From positions 11,669,477-11,733,476 of the forward strand of contig CM082593.2 of assembly GCA_040954595.2 (NCBI GenBank): a stretch of 64,000 bases of DNA, in the 5' to 3' direction. The translations under genes and the position numbers were made by a program. Numbering within the stretch: position 1 is the stretch's first letter; each line of letters opens with the position of its first letter. Below, piece after piece: positions 35,516 through 48,131 of this stretch. The stretch is from Balanoglossus misakiensis (taxonomy: Eukaryota > Animalia > Hemichordata). Below the pieces are notes generated by a model. It searched no databases. It saw nothing but the letters and a program-made list of their open reading frames with translations, and was not told the origin of the DNA.

Positions 35516-38450
35516 TTACCAATCAGAAACAGCCTTCCAAGACTGCGTAGCGCTCTTGTAAAGTTATTTTTGATTGTTCAAATTCTTTACCATGTCACTG
35601 CTGGCATACAACAATCCATATGACCCAGCAACTTTGTATAGATGCACTGACATCAATGATATGCCTTCCAAAGCGCCACACATAGTGTAATTACAAATGT
35701 TTCATGCTTCTGACACGCTCTACCTTTTACCAGGTTCATACACGAAAAAAATTGAGACGCTATTTGCCTATGGTAAACACAGAGCATTAATCGTTTGAGT
35801 CGCCTTGTGTTCACACACACAAAGTTTATGTATAGGCGCTGAGGCTCAGTCCCAAAGACAATGGATTGCAGAGAGGTTTTCATCCTTACACCGGATCAGG
35901 TCTGACGGGCAAAGCCGTCTCAAATCTAAGCCGTTCCAGAACCACTATACACCGTCCACACATGTTTTTTTTAAGACAGTATGTGATCTGAGACGTTTCA
36001 GAACCGTCTTAATGGTGTGTGTGACCCCCATATTAGACAACTTAGACAAAATCATCCGATAATAAATATTAGCTCAGTCTATGTCCTGGCGCATTTCATC
36101 ACGACAATAAAATACATAACAAAAGCCCTCACTACGCACCCACTCGATATATGATTCTGGTAACTCACAGTTACGAGGGGGTAAAAACGGCTGCTATGGC
36201 CCGAATATAGGCCAGGCTATAGGTGTTTTATAATAAACCTCATGCTAACAGCTGGGAAAATCTTGCGATTTTCTCTTGAGGTTGGCAGACGACATCTTCC
36301 GCGGTGGCCATTGTGTCAGACGACGCGACGCTGATTGACGTAACCGAGTCTGCGCACTCACGCTGGTCACGTGACCGGTTTATATTTTTTCTGCTATTTC
36401 CCTAGCGGTTCATAGTCGATTCTATTTTCCTATCACGAGACCGATTCTGGCGAATCGCAACACAGTATTAGCATGAGGTATATTATAGTGTCATACATGA
36501 GAACGTGCGCTTTTCTTCCTCTCTGGGGCTTGGGTCTGAAGGAAGTTAAAATCCGAACACTCCATAGGGCCCTACGTTTCAAACAATTTACTCGGTCCAA
36601 TCAGTTGACAAAATGTATCAATGTCGAAAGGGAAATACTATTCTCAAAATACATTTTCCTAACGTGTTTCACCAAAGGGCGAAACAGTGAATGTTTATCT
36701 AAAAACGGGAACGATGGCGGATTTTGTTTCTTTGTGACGAGAGTGATGGTACACTTCAATGATTTGTTTTATCTGGCCGATTATCAGGAGACACGTCACC
36801 ACAAGAGGGCGCACTAAGAAGTCTATTCGGGAAAGCTGTGAAATAATGAACCTCCCCGCCCCCACCCAAAAAAATGTCCGTTCAATTGAATACAACGCAA
36901 TAAATACGAAACCCATCACCTTTTTGTTTTAAAGCAGTGGTGTGTTTACGCATGTACGTACATTCAATGACAATGGAGTTTGCAAGGAAAAAATGACAAA
37001 ATAAGTCAAGTGTATTTATTTCTATATTTCTAGAAATTCATGAAAAACATGTTGGTGATATTTACATAATAATAATCTTAGTCAAAGGCACGCAAGCACT
37101 GAACAATACGCTGTCTGCTCCATTAGCTCCAACTTTTCACTATGTTTTCAGTAATATTGCTCTGTGTATCTGCTGCGGTTTCTAGTATAAACTCCAGAAA
37201 CATGACAAAATATCCAGAGTTTAGCTTATCAACACTTCATGTATGTGCATATTCAGTATTATTATTGTGTAAAATTTAAATTCATGTCCGAACTAGAATT
37301 CATTTGTCAACAGTGATAACAATGGCCGTTACACATACACAGGCAATGTTAATGATTGGAGTATTTGGTACTACATGTATATTAAAGTGATGTTTGGAGT
37401 TAAACAAGAAATTGCAATTTTTACACAAAATTAAAATACTGAAAATAAAGCTAAATGTTACAGATTTTCATCCAGTGGAATTCTCCTGCATGTAAAAGTT
37501 GCTTTACCGGCAAAAAGTCGAGTGGGTGCGTAGTGAGGGCTTTTGTTATGTATTTTATTGTCGTGATGAAATGCGCCAGGACATAGACTGAGCTAATATT
37601 TATTATCGGATGATTTTGTCTAATATTTATTTTCGGATAATATTGTCTAAGTTGTCTAATATGGGGGTCACACACACCATTGAGACGGTTCTGAAACGTC
37701 TCAGATCACATACTGTCTTAAAAAAAACATGTGTGGACGGTGTATAGTGGTTCTGGAACGGCTTAGATTTGAGACGGCTTTGCCCGTCAGACCTGATCCG
37801 GTGTAAGGATTAAAACCTCTCTGCAATCCATTGTCTTTGGGACTGAGCCTCAGCGCCTATACATAAACTTTGTGTGTGTGAACACAAGGCGACTCAAACG
37901 ATTAATGCTCTGTGTTTACCATAGGCAAATAGCGTCTCAATTTTTTTCGTGTATGAACCTGGTAAATGGTAGAGCGTGTCAGAAGCATGAAACATGTGTA
38001 ATTACACTATGTGTGGCGCTTTGGAAGGCATATCACTGATGTCAGTGCATCTATACAAAGTTGCTGGGTCATATGGATTGTTGTATGCCAGCAGTGACAT
38101 GGTAAAGAATTTGAACAATCAAAAATAACTTTACAAGAGCGCTACGCAGTCTTGGAAGGCTGTTTCTGATTGGTAAGGGAGCATTCGTTTTTTACAGGGA
38201 GGGGGGGGGGGCGGTGGAAATCAGGGGGGGGGTTTACTTTTACAAAGCAGTTTTTAGGGGGGGGACAAATTTTATAATCAATGGTTTGGGGGGGACAATT
38301 TTTACAACAGATTTGTATGGAATTATAGCAAAAAACAACAGAATTGACCGTAAAGTATATAAAATAGAATACGAACATGTCTTTATTCTGTGTGATCAGG
38401 TGACAACAAGTACACTTGTGAACACAAAAATAACATTTTCAGGCTGTATC

Positions 38451-39597
38451 ATGGCAATATACAGAAACAGTGAACTATGTGAGCTGAAAGTTTCTGACCT
38501 AGACATGTACATGAACAGACATAAATTGACAACAGAGAAAAAGATGCTGAAAAAAAGACAAACTGAAAATAGTTGAAGCGCACATTGGCCGGAAACTGTG
38601 TCAAACAACTCTGGAAAGTCTCAGAGTAAACCATGAGAGGGACAAAGTGGAGGATGAGCAGGAGGATGAAGAGGATGACTTGGATGAGGACAGTGAACCA
38701 GAAGATGAGCATGAAGTGATAGGTGAACTAGGTGATTCAGAGGAAAGTGACTCAGAAAGTGATAGCGGCGACATTGAAAATGAACTCTTTCACGTAAGGC
38801 TGCATTCACAAACACCTCTGGAGGGGGGGCAGGAGAATTGAGGGGGGGATTTGAAAAAATTGAGGGTATGTAAGGGGGGATTTGAAATAATTTAGGGACT
38901 GAAAGGGGGGGACTTGAAAACATTGACGACAAAATATTTATTTTGAGTCCATAAAAATGCAGTTTCGCGCCCTTTATTTTACCCACCCCCTCCATTCATC
39001 AGCACCTTTCAATCATTGACTGGTTTATCTAGTGTCCCAGGTCAGGGGATTTGCCCCACCCCATGATAACTTTGAGCGGCGACGGTTAAATTTCTCCTCC
39101 CCAACATACCGGTAGTTGAGTTAATTTGCTTTTGCCGGGTTCATTAAAATGCAGCTTTGAGCTCTGTATTTTATAAAATTGTCTTACGTGGGAGGGGGAT
39201 ACCCCCTCCCAATCCCACTCCCTTCAATTCTCGGTTTACAATGTCTCCCAACACAGAATACAAATACTTAAAAATAAAAACAATGTTCAGTGAGGGGGTA
39301 CATCAGTTTCAAATTCTTTTCATGGGAGCGCTGTTTTTTCTTTTTTTACAAGATAGATAGGTGATGTGTTTTGCTCTGTGAAAGAAAATGGGTGGGGGGG
39401 GATTTCAAAATTTTGGCAGTTCGGAATGGGGGATTTGAAAATATTTCGGGTTGTGTACGGGGGGCATGTGAAAATTAGCGGTAAAAAAAATTGAATTCTC
39501 CCGTCCCCCCCCCCCCTCCAGAGGCGTTTGTGAATGCAGCCTAACAAGATCAGGCAGACAATGCACTACTTGGAAATCAAGGAACTATGTAGACTAG
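38451..39597 (+). pseudogene. Captured 3' coding fragment inside M1 (SAP/HeH-like helical motif, acidic tract, TRSGR tail), split by M2
   Basis: Correcting one extra A at ~38560 and removing M2 plus one TAA gives a continuous frame: IYRNSELCELKVSDLDMYMNRHKL...LKKDKLKIVEAHIGRKL...EDEQEDEEDDLDEDSEPEDE...ELFHVTRSGRQCTTWKSRNYVD*. Confidence 0.6.
38798..39541. mobile_element. PIF/Harbinger-type MITE M2 nested in M1
   Basis: TAA|GGCTGCATTCACAAACACCTCTGGAGG ... CCTCCAGAGGCGTTTGTGAATGCAGCC|TAA. Confidence 0.92.
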
Positions 39598-40198
39598 GTT
39601 TCATGGTTGATTATGTGGTATGTCGAACATACACCAATATCTGACAAAGTTTGATAAGTTTAATCCGGTGGATAAACTTTTTTTTTTTTTGGGGGGGGGG
39701 TCACATTTTACAATTGAAGAATTTAGGGGGGGGACACATTTTAGAAAAATAATTTCGAGGGGGGGGGGTTGCCTTTTACATTTAGTCGGCGACTCAAATT
39801 CCACCGGCCCCCCTCCTCCCTGTAAAAAACGAATGCTCCCTAAGATTTGAGACAGCTCAATCTGCATGTTATCAACAACTGCGTTCAGTTTGTTTCACCT
39901 GTTGTTATATCCTGTTGTTATATCCAGGATTGTTGTTGCTACCCTTATTTATACCCCTATAAATAGGGGTAGCCAAATGGCGGCGTTCATTGTGTAATTG
40001 ACTCTGAAGGAGGCAACACGCGGACACACGCTCCCGAGAATGCATGATTTTCCGAAGTTTTCGACCACAAAATCCTTCACAATGCATACAAATTCCACCA
40101 TGAATATGTATCCTACCGATTTATGGCGTAAATTCCCCAGAGAGACGCAAATCAGGGGCGATTTTCAGCATTTCTTGGCGTCGATGGTAACCACTTAA

Positions 40199-40503
40199 AG
40201 CCCCTAGAGCTGCCAAATTTCACGGATTTTCTTCCACAGTAAAACACTTCAAATATATTCCCTATCCTCTAAAATCCTCACCATTAAGCCATATTACTTG
40301 CATTTGCATCAGTTTGTCATCTCTTGGTGATGCATACCACGATAGCTGCGTACTGTTTGTATGGAGGCTGATTAAACTGTTTTAATACATAGCATTTTCA
40401 AATCGCTACATACAGCCATAATCGGGCATCGGTAAAGTGTTCACATATACCTCAGTAAAATAAAATTGTGAAAATAATGCAAAAAGTGGCAGCTATAGAG
40501 GCT
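40199..40503. mobile_element. MITE with TTAA TSD (Kolobok-like)
   Basis: TTAA|AGCCCCTAGAGCTGCC ... GGCAGCTATAGAGGCT|TTAA (14/16 TIR match). Confidence 0.75.
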
Positions 40504-41943
40504 TTAATGTATTTCCCCATGTTTTAGGTCTCCATTTTGATTCACAATTTCATGTCAACAAGTTCACATTCTACCACCACATCACATCTACACATCAACT
40601 ATCACTGTGATAGAAGCTACCATTTTCAAGTTAAAGATATACAGTCACCGCCAATTTACATACACCCATATATGGCTGAAATAGAGTATTTGCGGGTTCT
40701 AAATAACATATGGCGGCGCTCTTTTTTTCGCATGTGCCACCCACTGAAAATCCGTGATTGGCTAGATCTCAAGTTAACGTGGTAACTGTAGCTAAATTTC
40801 TATAAGTGACCGTATACCTTCTCTACACGTACTGTTGACTGACACACACAATCCCCTAACTCTCAACACATACATACAAAGACCCAACCCACGCCACATG
40901 TAGTCACCATGGCCATGCCACCTGGCCTGCAGGCTACCACATCCAAAAGCATACACACACACAATACATGTCAATTTTACATGAGGAGCGGCTCATGTAC
41001 TTTATTCTAAACTTGAATGATATATAAACTGAAAATTTACCCCGCACCAAAACCCAGAGATAAAACCCTTTTTTTCAGGATAAGGGGAAAAAACTCTGGG
41101 AAAGCGTAGGTAATTCACCAACTTTACAAAAAATTATATTTCTAAATTCATGCCTCTTTGAAAACCCTACTTTCAAGTTAAGATGCTAATCTGTTACACA
41201 AAATAGCAGGTTCACAGAAAGAAAATGTTGGAAGTTTAACAATACCAAGCAAAATTTGGTATTGTAGGTCTAAACTAAAACTGACAAAAATTAATATTTC
41301 ATCTCTGAATGAATAAAGTGTTCTCAATAAATCATAATAGGTTTGGTGTTACACTGTTCTAAATGTAGCATTTACAATTAAAGGGCAACTACCTGTAATT
41401 TTTGGTACAGAATTGTTAATATTGACAAATGCATTCAATTGACTTGAATACAATTGTTAACAATAACAATGCTGATTATGCATACCAGAAATCGTGGTGC
41501 ATAAATAGACCAAAATTACGTACTGAAAAATTTGTCAAATGTAACACATAGTGGACCTTAATGTCTATAAGAATAAATCTCAAACAATGTCACGTGAACG
41601 TAAAATCTTAAATTTCATATTAAAATACAAAAAGAATAAAGTCATACTATTGAACACTGCACACAGTTGAGTCTAAAGTGACTAATGTACTGGGGGCGAT
41701 CCCAAACAGAAACGGGTCATATAGTCATAAATATCCCCCACCCTTATAAAGACCCCTTTCTCCTTGGGATGGCTCCTGTGATAAAATGAAACTGTGCTGG
41801 ACTTGAAGAGATATACGCAGGAAACCTCATCAGTTACAGCCACTGCGAAGACTTCATTGATGATCCCCCAAAATTGGGGGGAAAATGTAGATGAATGTTG
41901 AAATCTTCAAAAGCAAATTGAAAGTATTTTACTGTCAGAAAAG

Positions 41944-43045
41944 TGTAAATAATGTGTTGCCTGTAAGCCATGCATGATCTCCATGCCATTCAATTTATGA
42001 GCATTTTTACTGATTTACTACCCTCCCCCCGAAATACAAACATAACAATTATGAATATATGGCTTCTGCAAACACATTATTTAGCAAATTAAAATCTTAT
42101 CTGATAAAGTCACTTGAAAATGTGAAAGACCCTCTTAAATTAAGGAAAAAAAAGAATGTTCAAATGTAAAATAACTGAAAACTAAATGTGTATAAAATAG
42201 AGAAAACTTCTTGAAAAGAAGTATATCATTGTAAATAATGTGTTGCCTGTAAGCCATGATGCATGATCTCCATGCCATTCAATTTATGAGCAAATTTACT
42301 GATTTACTACCCTCCCCCCGAAATACAAACAAAACAATTATGAATTTATGGCTTCTGCAAACACATTATTTAGCAAATTAAAATCTTATCTGATAAAGTC
42401 ACTTGAAAATGTGAAAGACCCTCTTAAATTGAGGAAAAAGAGGAATGTTAAAATGTAAAATAACTGAAAACTGAATGTGTATAAAACTTCTTAAACAGAA
42501 GTATATCATTGTAAATAATGTTTTGACTGTAAGCCACGATGCATGATCTCCATGCCATTCAATTTTTTAGCGAATTTACTGCCCCCCCCCAAAAAAAATA
42601 CAATCAAAACAAAACAATTATGAATACATGGCTTCTGCAAACACATTATTTATGTTCTTATAAAGGAAATTTTCATCAATAAAATCAAAGGACTGCAAAC
42701 ACTCAGACGATGCATAAATACTTGGCAATGTCAAGCCAAAGCAAATTACCTCGTCTGATACAGCCATTGGAAAAAAGTTCATTAAAGACCCTCGAACATT
42801 GAGGAAAAAGGCTAAAGATGTGCGTTTAAATAACTCAAAACTAAAAGTGTATAAAATAAAGAAAACTCCACAATGTGAAGTTTTTTTATTGTCCACAAAG
42901 TTTAAATAATGTGTTGCCTGTAAGCCATGTTGCATAGGCTCAATGCTATTCAATTTAAGAGCAAATTCACCAATATATCCCCCCCCCCCCCGCCAAAAAT
43001 AAAACAATTATGCCTATATGGCTACTGCAAACACATTATTTATGT
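41944..43045. repeat. Degenerate tandem repeat, ~280-390-bp unit, about 3.5 copies
   Basis: AATAATGTGTTGCCTGTAAGCCA-like marker at ~41948, ~42234, ~42514 and ~42906. Confidence 0.85.
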
Positions 43046-43817
43046 ATTTAAAAAGAAAAAAATTCATCAAAAATCAAAGCACTATAAACCTAGTAATCAC
43101 ACAATGCATATACATGCAACGATGCAAATGCATTAAAAGTGTGATATGAAAATACTTAATTATGTCAAGTAAAGGCAAAATCATTAAGGTAATATTAAAG
43201 AACCTACTTGTGCACTGAGTCTGTTGATTGGGGTCGTCGTTGTGTGGGACTCGCTAGCAATGTGGGGAAAATCTATTGATTATCGACAGACTCAGTGGGC
43301 AAGACGTGACCATAAAATAGATATACCAACATATCGAACTGTTGAATACTACGCAAACAAAAAAACCCCAACTAATGAACTGATCCCAGGAAACTACACT
43401 GGACTTGAAGGATCTATTGCATGTTTTAGTGGACTTGAAGTATTTATTGAAATATTTTTCTCATCATGAAATTAAGTTAGTCATGCTAAACTATGGTATT
43501 AATATTATAAAACATATTGCAATTGAAACCTTCTCATCTGTTATAGCCATTGGAAAAATTCATTAAAGACATACCCTAAAAACATAGGAAAAAGAACACA
43601 GACAGATAATAAAATCATAAAAATTTAAAATGCACACACATACATACCGTATTCTTTATTTATAATATGGGAAAGTACAACGGAGCAAGCGACAGACGCA
43701 CGCGCGCGCACGCAAAAACATAAATTGCTTGAAGACGGACTGCAATCTTGGGATTCTTGGGATCTTGTAGAGAACCAGCTTCATCAGATGACCAAAAACA
43801 TCCTAGGCGCGGAAAGA

Positions 43818-44275
43818 ACACAACCACGGCAAACACAGAGGCCAGAATGTGATGAGAGAGTAGTCACAGACACCCAAAAATGTCGACAATTCGAATATGA
43901 ATTCGAATACACAACCACGGCAAACACAGAGGCCAGAATGTGACGAGAGAGTAGTCACAGACACCCAAAAATGTTGACAATTCGAATATGAATTCGAAAA
44001 CACAACTACGGCAAACACAGAGGCCAAAATGTGACGAGATGTAGTCACAGACACCCAAAAATGTCGACAATTCGAATAAGAATTCGAAAACACAACCACG
44101 GCAAACACAGAGGCCAAAATGTGACGAGATGTAGTCACAGACACCCAAAAATGTTGACAATTCGAATAAGAATTCGAAAACACAACTACAGCAAACACAG
44201 AGGCCAGAATGTGACGAGAGAGTAGTCACAGACACCCAAAAATGTCGACAATTCGAATAGGAATTTGAAAACACA
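43818..44275. repeat. ~91-bp tandem repeat, 5 copies
   Basis: GCAAACACAGAGGCCA...GTAGTCACAGACACCCAAAAATGT...TTCGAATA.GAATTCGAA repeated five times. Confidence 0.93.
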
Positions 44276-44318
44276 ACACAGAGAGTACTCCGAGACATCC
44301 AACAATTTTGAAAATATT

Positions 44319-44496
44319 CATACATGCATACATACATACATACATACATACATACAGATAGACAGACAGACAGACAGACAGACATACATACATACATACA
44401 TACATATATACATACATACATACATACATACATACATACATACATACATACATACATACATACATACATACATACATACATACATACATACATACA

Positions 44497-44528
<32 letters not shown>

Positions 44529-44696
44529 CACACACACACACACGGGTACATGCAAACATACAACGACACAAATAAATATATAAATAAATGAATGAATGAA
44601 CGAGTGAATGAATGAATGAATAAAGGTATGTATGTATGTATGTATGTATGTATGTATGTATGTATGTATGTATGAATGAATGGATGGATGGATGAA
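44319..44696. repeat. Compound microsatellite: (CATA)n/(GACA)n, then (GAAT)n/(TATG)n
   Basis: Directly visible. Confidence 0.97.
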
Positions 44697-46081
44697 TAAA
44701 TGTACAATACTAGTAAATCATGCCTATATCCAGTACATTCTGGAAAAATGACCGTCCAAGTTTATAGAGAGAGAGAGAGAGAGCCAGTCAAACAATTTTC
44801 AATGTTGGTCAACTGTTCATTGTCATATTTGCTTTCTGTATCAATACAGGACTAATGCTGTAAACTCTTTGTATTCTGTTTACCATTCGGCTTTAATATC
44901 TTAACTTGACTTTTTCTTTATATGTGGGTGCAATTATGCTACAAAGCTAAACAGTAAACCCCTGAAGGCTGCTGTACCCTGTGCAATTAACGTAAATTTA
45001 CACTAAGTGCTTGCTACATGCAATGCTTATTGTGCCTATAGGATTCAACAACCTTCAGGTTATGCTGAATAAATCATGGTGATAATTTAGCAGTGTTGGC
45101 AAACTGAAGTGTACAATTTAGTTTTAACCTACTTAAACCCTCTCTCTCTGACACAATGACAAATAATGCTATCAGAATAATACATTTGTAATACAGATCA
45201 TATAAATGAGGAAGGGATTGATTAATGTTCAATTTCGTCCCGTGGGAGAAGTTCTATTCTTGGAATGATGATGGAATCAAAGTCAGTAAAATAAAGTCAT
45301 CCTGGAAGGAAACTTCTCTGCATCCGATTCACTGGGGCTTCTGCATTCATACATGTATCCTCTTCTTGCCTATGCACAGAAAGACGACATAACACTCACC
45401 TTGTATTGATTGATTGATTACAGCAAATAAGAGACATTCAACATTCACACAGAAACGAAAATATGCTCCTGTCAAACACTGAACATGGGTAAAAAAGGGG
45501 CCCAGGATGTGACAACATCTGATCAGGTCACTTCTTGATCACTATGTAATATGGTGGTAGAACACACTTGGGCCCCACTTTTGTATTTTTGTCTGGCGTG
45601 ACACTCCCTTAAAACTCTACCAAATGAAGATAAGCCCGCGTCAAAAGAGTGAATTGAAGTCCGCGAAACTACAAGTTAAAAAATCTGCTGTTTTTCATCA
45701 GGCAATGAACTGGTTGAATGCATATTGGAAGAGAAAGCAATAGGATGGATTGGACATCAGTTACAGTATTCCGAGTATGGCGTTGACTCCTCTCTCTGTA
45801 CAGTGATTATGAATAAGTGGAAAGACCAGCTCTGGGCATAAATGCTATAAAATCAGACCCAGTTCATCATGCATTGCTGGATGAATATTTATCCCGACTG
45901 AAGCACACAGTATATACCGACCATGTGCACTTCCAGTGTTTTTATATAATATGGATGTGTATAGGAGCATTTCAGGGGGTGGGGTGGGGGGGGTTGCTAT
46001 CAAGTAGGGGGGGGGGGGCTTGCTATCAAGTAAAATGAAGGAATGCATCGACTTTTATTATCAGTGGCCCGTAAGGTTAAT

Positions 46082-47112
46082 GCTATGTTACCTTTGAAGT
46101 GCTTGGCGGCTATACCGGTACAAGCATGCACAGATCTATGTTGATAGACATTACTCATCACAGGGACCAGTGACTGTTATCTGCAAAAATGAAAAATATG
46201 CCAATAAGTATTTCTGTGTCAAACAGCACGGCAAAATGTATCTATGGACAGAGATGATCTCCTGTCTTCATGAACAATACAATACGTTGTACAGGGGCCT
46301 CCAAATGAGCAATTAAATTCTATGCTGTCATCCATGGCGTCTAGGAAATCTTTAACAGAATAAGAATTATCTTATGTTACCCTCAGACACCACTTGGCTG
46401 CAATACAGGCATGTACACACATCCAGTTCGACAGATCAATGTTGATCACCAGAGAGAAACCATTATCTGCAAAAATGGAAAATATGACAAAGTATTTTAG
46501 TGTCAAAAAACATGACAGTAAAATGTATGGACAGATGATCTCCTGGATGGACAATACAATAAGTCACACACTGCCCTCCAAAATGAGCAATTAAATTATA
46601 TGCATTCATCTATGGGGTCTAGGAAATCTTTAGGAGAAAAAGAATTATCTTATATGTTACCCTCAGACACCAATTGGCTGCAATACAGGCATGTACACAC
46701 ATCCAGTTCGACAGATCATCAATGTTGATCACCAGAGAGAAACTATTATCTACAAAAATGGAAAATATGACAGTATTTTAGTGTCAAAAAATAAGGCAGT
46801 AAAATGTAAGGATAATCTCCTGGATGGACAATACAATAAGTCACACACTGCCCTCCAAAATGAGCAATTAAATTCTATGCTGTCATCTATGGGGTAAAGG
46901 AAATCTTAGAAGAACAATAATTATCTTATGTTACCCTTGCAAACTACTGTACTGTTTTACAGGCTTGAATATACATCTAGTTTGGCAGATTTTGATCAAC
47001 AGCTAGATACCCCTTTCTGCAAAAAATGGAAAATATGCTAATAAGTATTTCTGTGTCAAACAACATAATGGTAAAATATATCTATGGACAGAGATGATCT
47101 CCTGTCTTCATG
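46082..47112. repeat. Degenerate ~280-bp tandem repeat, about 3.7 copies
   Basis: TATGTTACC...TATCTGCAAAAATG...GATCTCCTG module starting at ~46084, ~46373, ~46653 and ~46927. Confidence 0.85.
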
Positions 47113-47152
47113 AATGTAATGTACTTCAATGGCTGGTTACTCAAATTTAATG

Positions 47153-48131
47153 TGCATACTCACACCACAGGAATCATGTTACCTGGTTACCAACTTGGCA
47201 TCTGGACAGGAGGATATTGGGCATCATGGAAATCTGAAACTAATGAGAAAAAATTGTGTAAATAGACAATTATAACTGACTGCTATGAACTTCAACTTGG
47301 CTCCAATCCATAATTATTTCTCGTTGGGTGCTCAGTTGTTTCTGGTTCAAAGGCGACTAGTGCAAAGTGTCCAGGAAAACACAGAGACACGGAGATGTCA
47401 CATGACTGCAAGCCATGAGCCATTATTTTGCATACTCACACCATAGGAATCATGTTACCTGGTTACCAACTTGGCATCTGGACAGGAGGATATTGGGCAT
47501 CATGGAAATCTGAAACTAATGAGAAAAAATTGTGTAAATAGACAATTATAACTGACTGCTATGAACTTCAACTTGGCTCCAATCCATAATTATTTATCGT
47601 TGGGTGCTCAGTTGTTTCTGGTTCAAAGGCGACTAGTGCAAAGTGTCCAGGAAAACACAAGAGACACGGAGATGTCACATGACTGCAAGCCATGAGCCAT
47701 TTATTTGCATACTCACACCATAGGAATCATGTTACCCGGTTACCAACTTGGCATCTGGACAGGAGGATATTGGGCATCATGGTAATCTGAAACTAATGAG
47801 AAAATTTGTGTAAATAGACAATTATTACTGACTGCTATGAACTTCAACTTGGCTCCAATCTATAATTATTTCTCGTTGGGTGCTCAGTTGTTTCTGGTTC
47901 AAAGGCGACTAGTGCAAAGTGTCCAGGAAATCACAAGAGACACGGAGATGTCACATGACTGCAAGCCATGAGCCATTAATTTGCATACTCACACCATAGG
48001 AATCATGTTACCTGGTTACCAACTTGGCATCTGGACAGGAGGATATTGGGCATCATGGAAATCTGAAACTAATGAGAAAATTTGTGTAAATAGACAATTA
48101 TAACTAACTGCTATGAACTCCAACTTGGCTG
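47153..48131. repeat. ~277-bp tandem repeat, about 3.5 near-identical copies
   Basis: CATACTCACACCA.AGGAATCATGTTACC at ~47155, 47431, 47708 and 47984. Confidence 0.95.

Larger units (their letters stand above)
34057..39641. repeat. Giant inverted repeat 2: arms 34057-36147 and 37518-39641, spacer 1370 bp
   Basis: Mirror ORFs 35119-35481/38214-38576 and 34983-35246/38449-38712; few substitutions; ~25 bp extra in the right arm near 37622-37646. Confidence 0.97.
38177..39840. mobile_element. PIF/Harbinger-type non-autonomous element M1 (TAA TSD)
   Basis: TAA|GGGAGCATTCGTTTTTTACAGGGAGG ... CCTCCCTGTAAAAAACGAATGCTCCC|TAA. Confidence 0.92.

Noticed and set aside
26907-39641. Palindrome arms as TIRs of a large foldback or Polinton element
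   Set aside because: No TSD or terminal signature at the outer ends, the arms contain unrelated debris, one outer end cuts through a MITE, and the spacers have no coding capacity.
41378-41562. Additional TTAA-flanked MITE candidates (also at ~54641 and ~55883)
   Set aside because: Only one convincing end, or TIRs too degenerate to support by eye.
43864-44707. Several 100-235-aa ORFs (CMYV/HTYI repeats)
   Set aside because: Translations of the 91-bp repeat and the (CATA)n microsatellite.
45690-45910. Possible exon on either strand
   Set aside because: All three minus frames stop soon after the acceptor-like site; the plus frame gives only ~46 aa with no recognisable motif.
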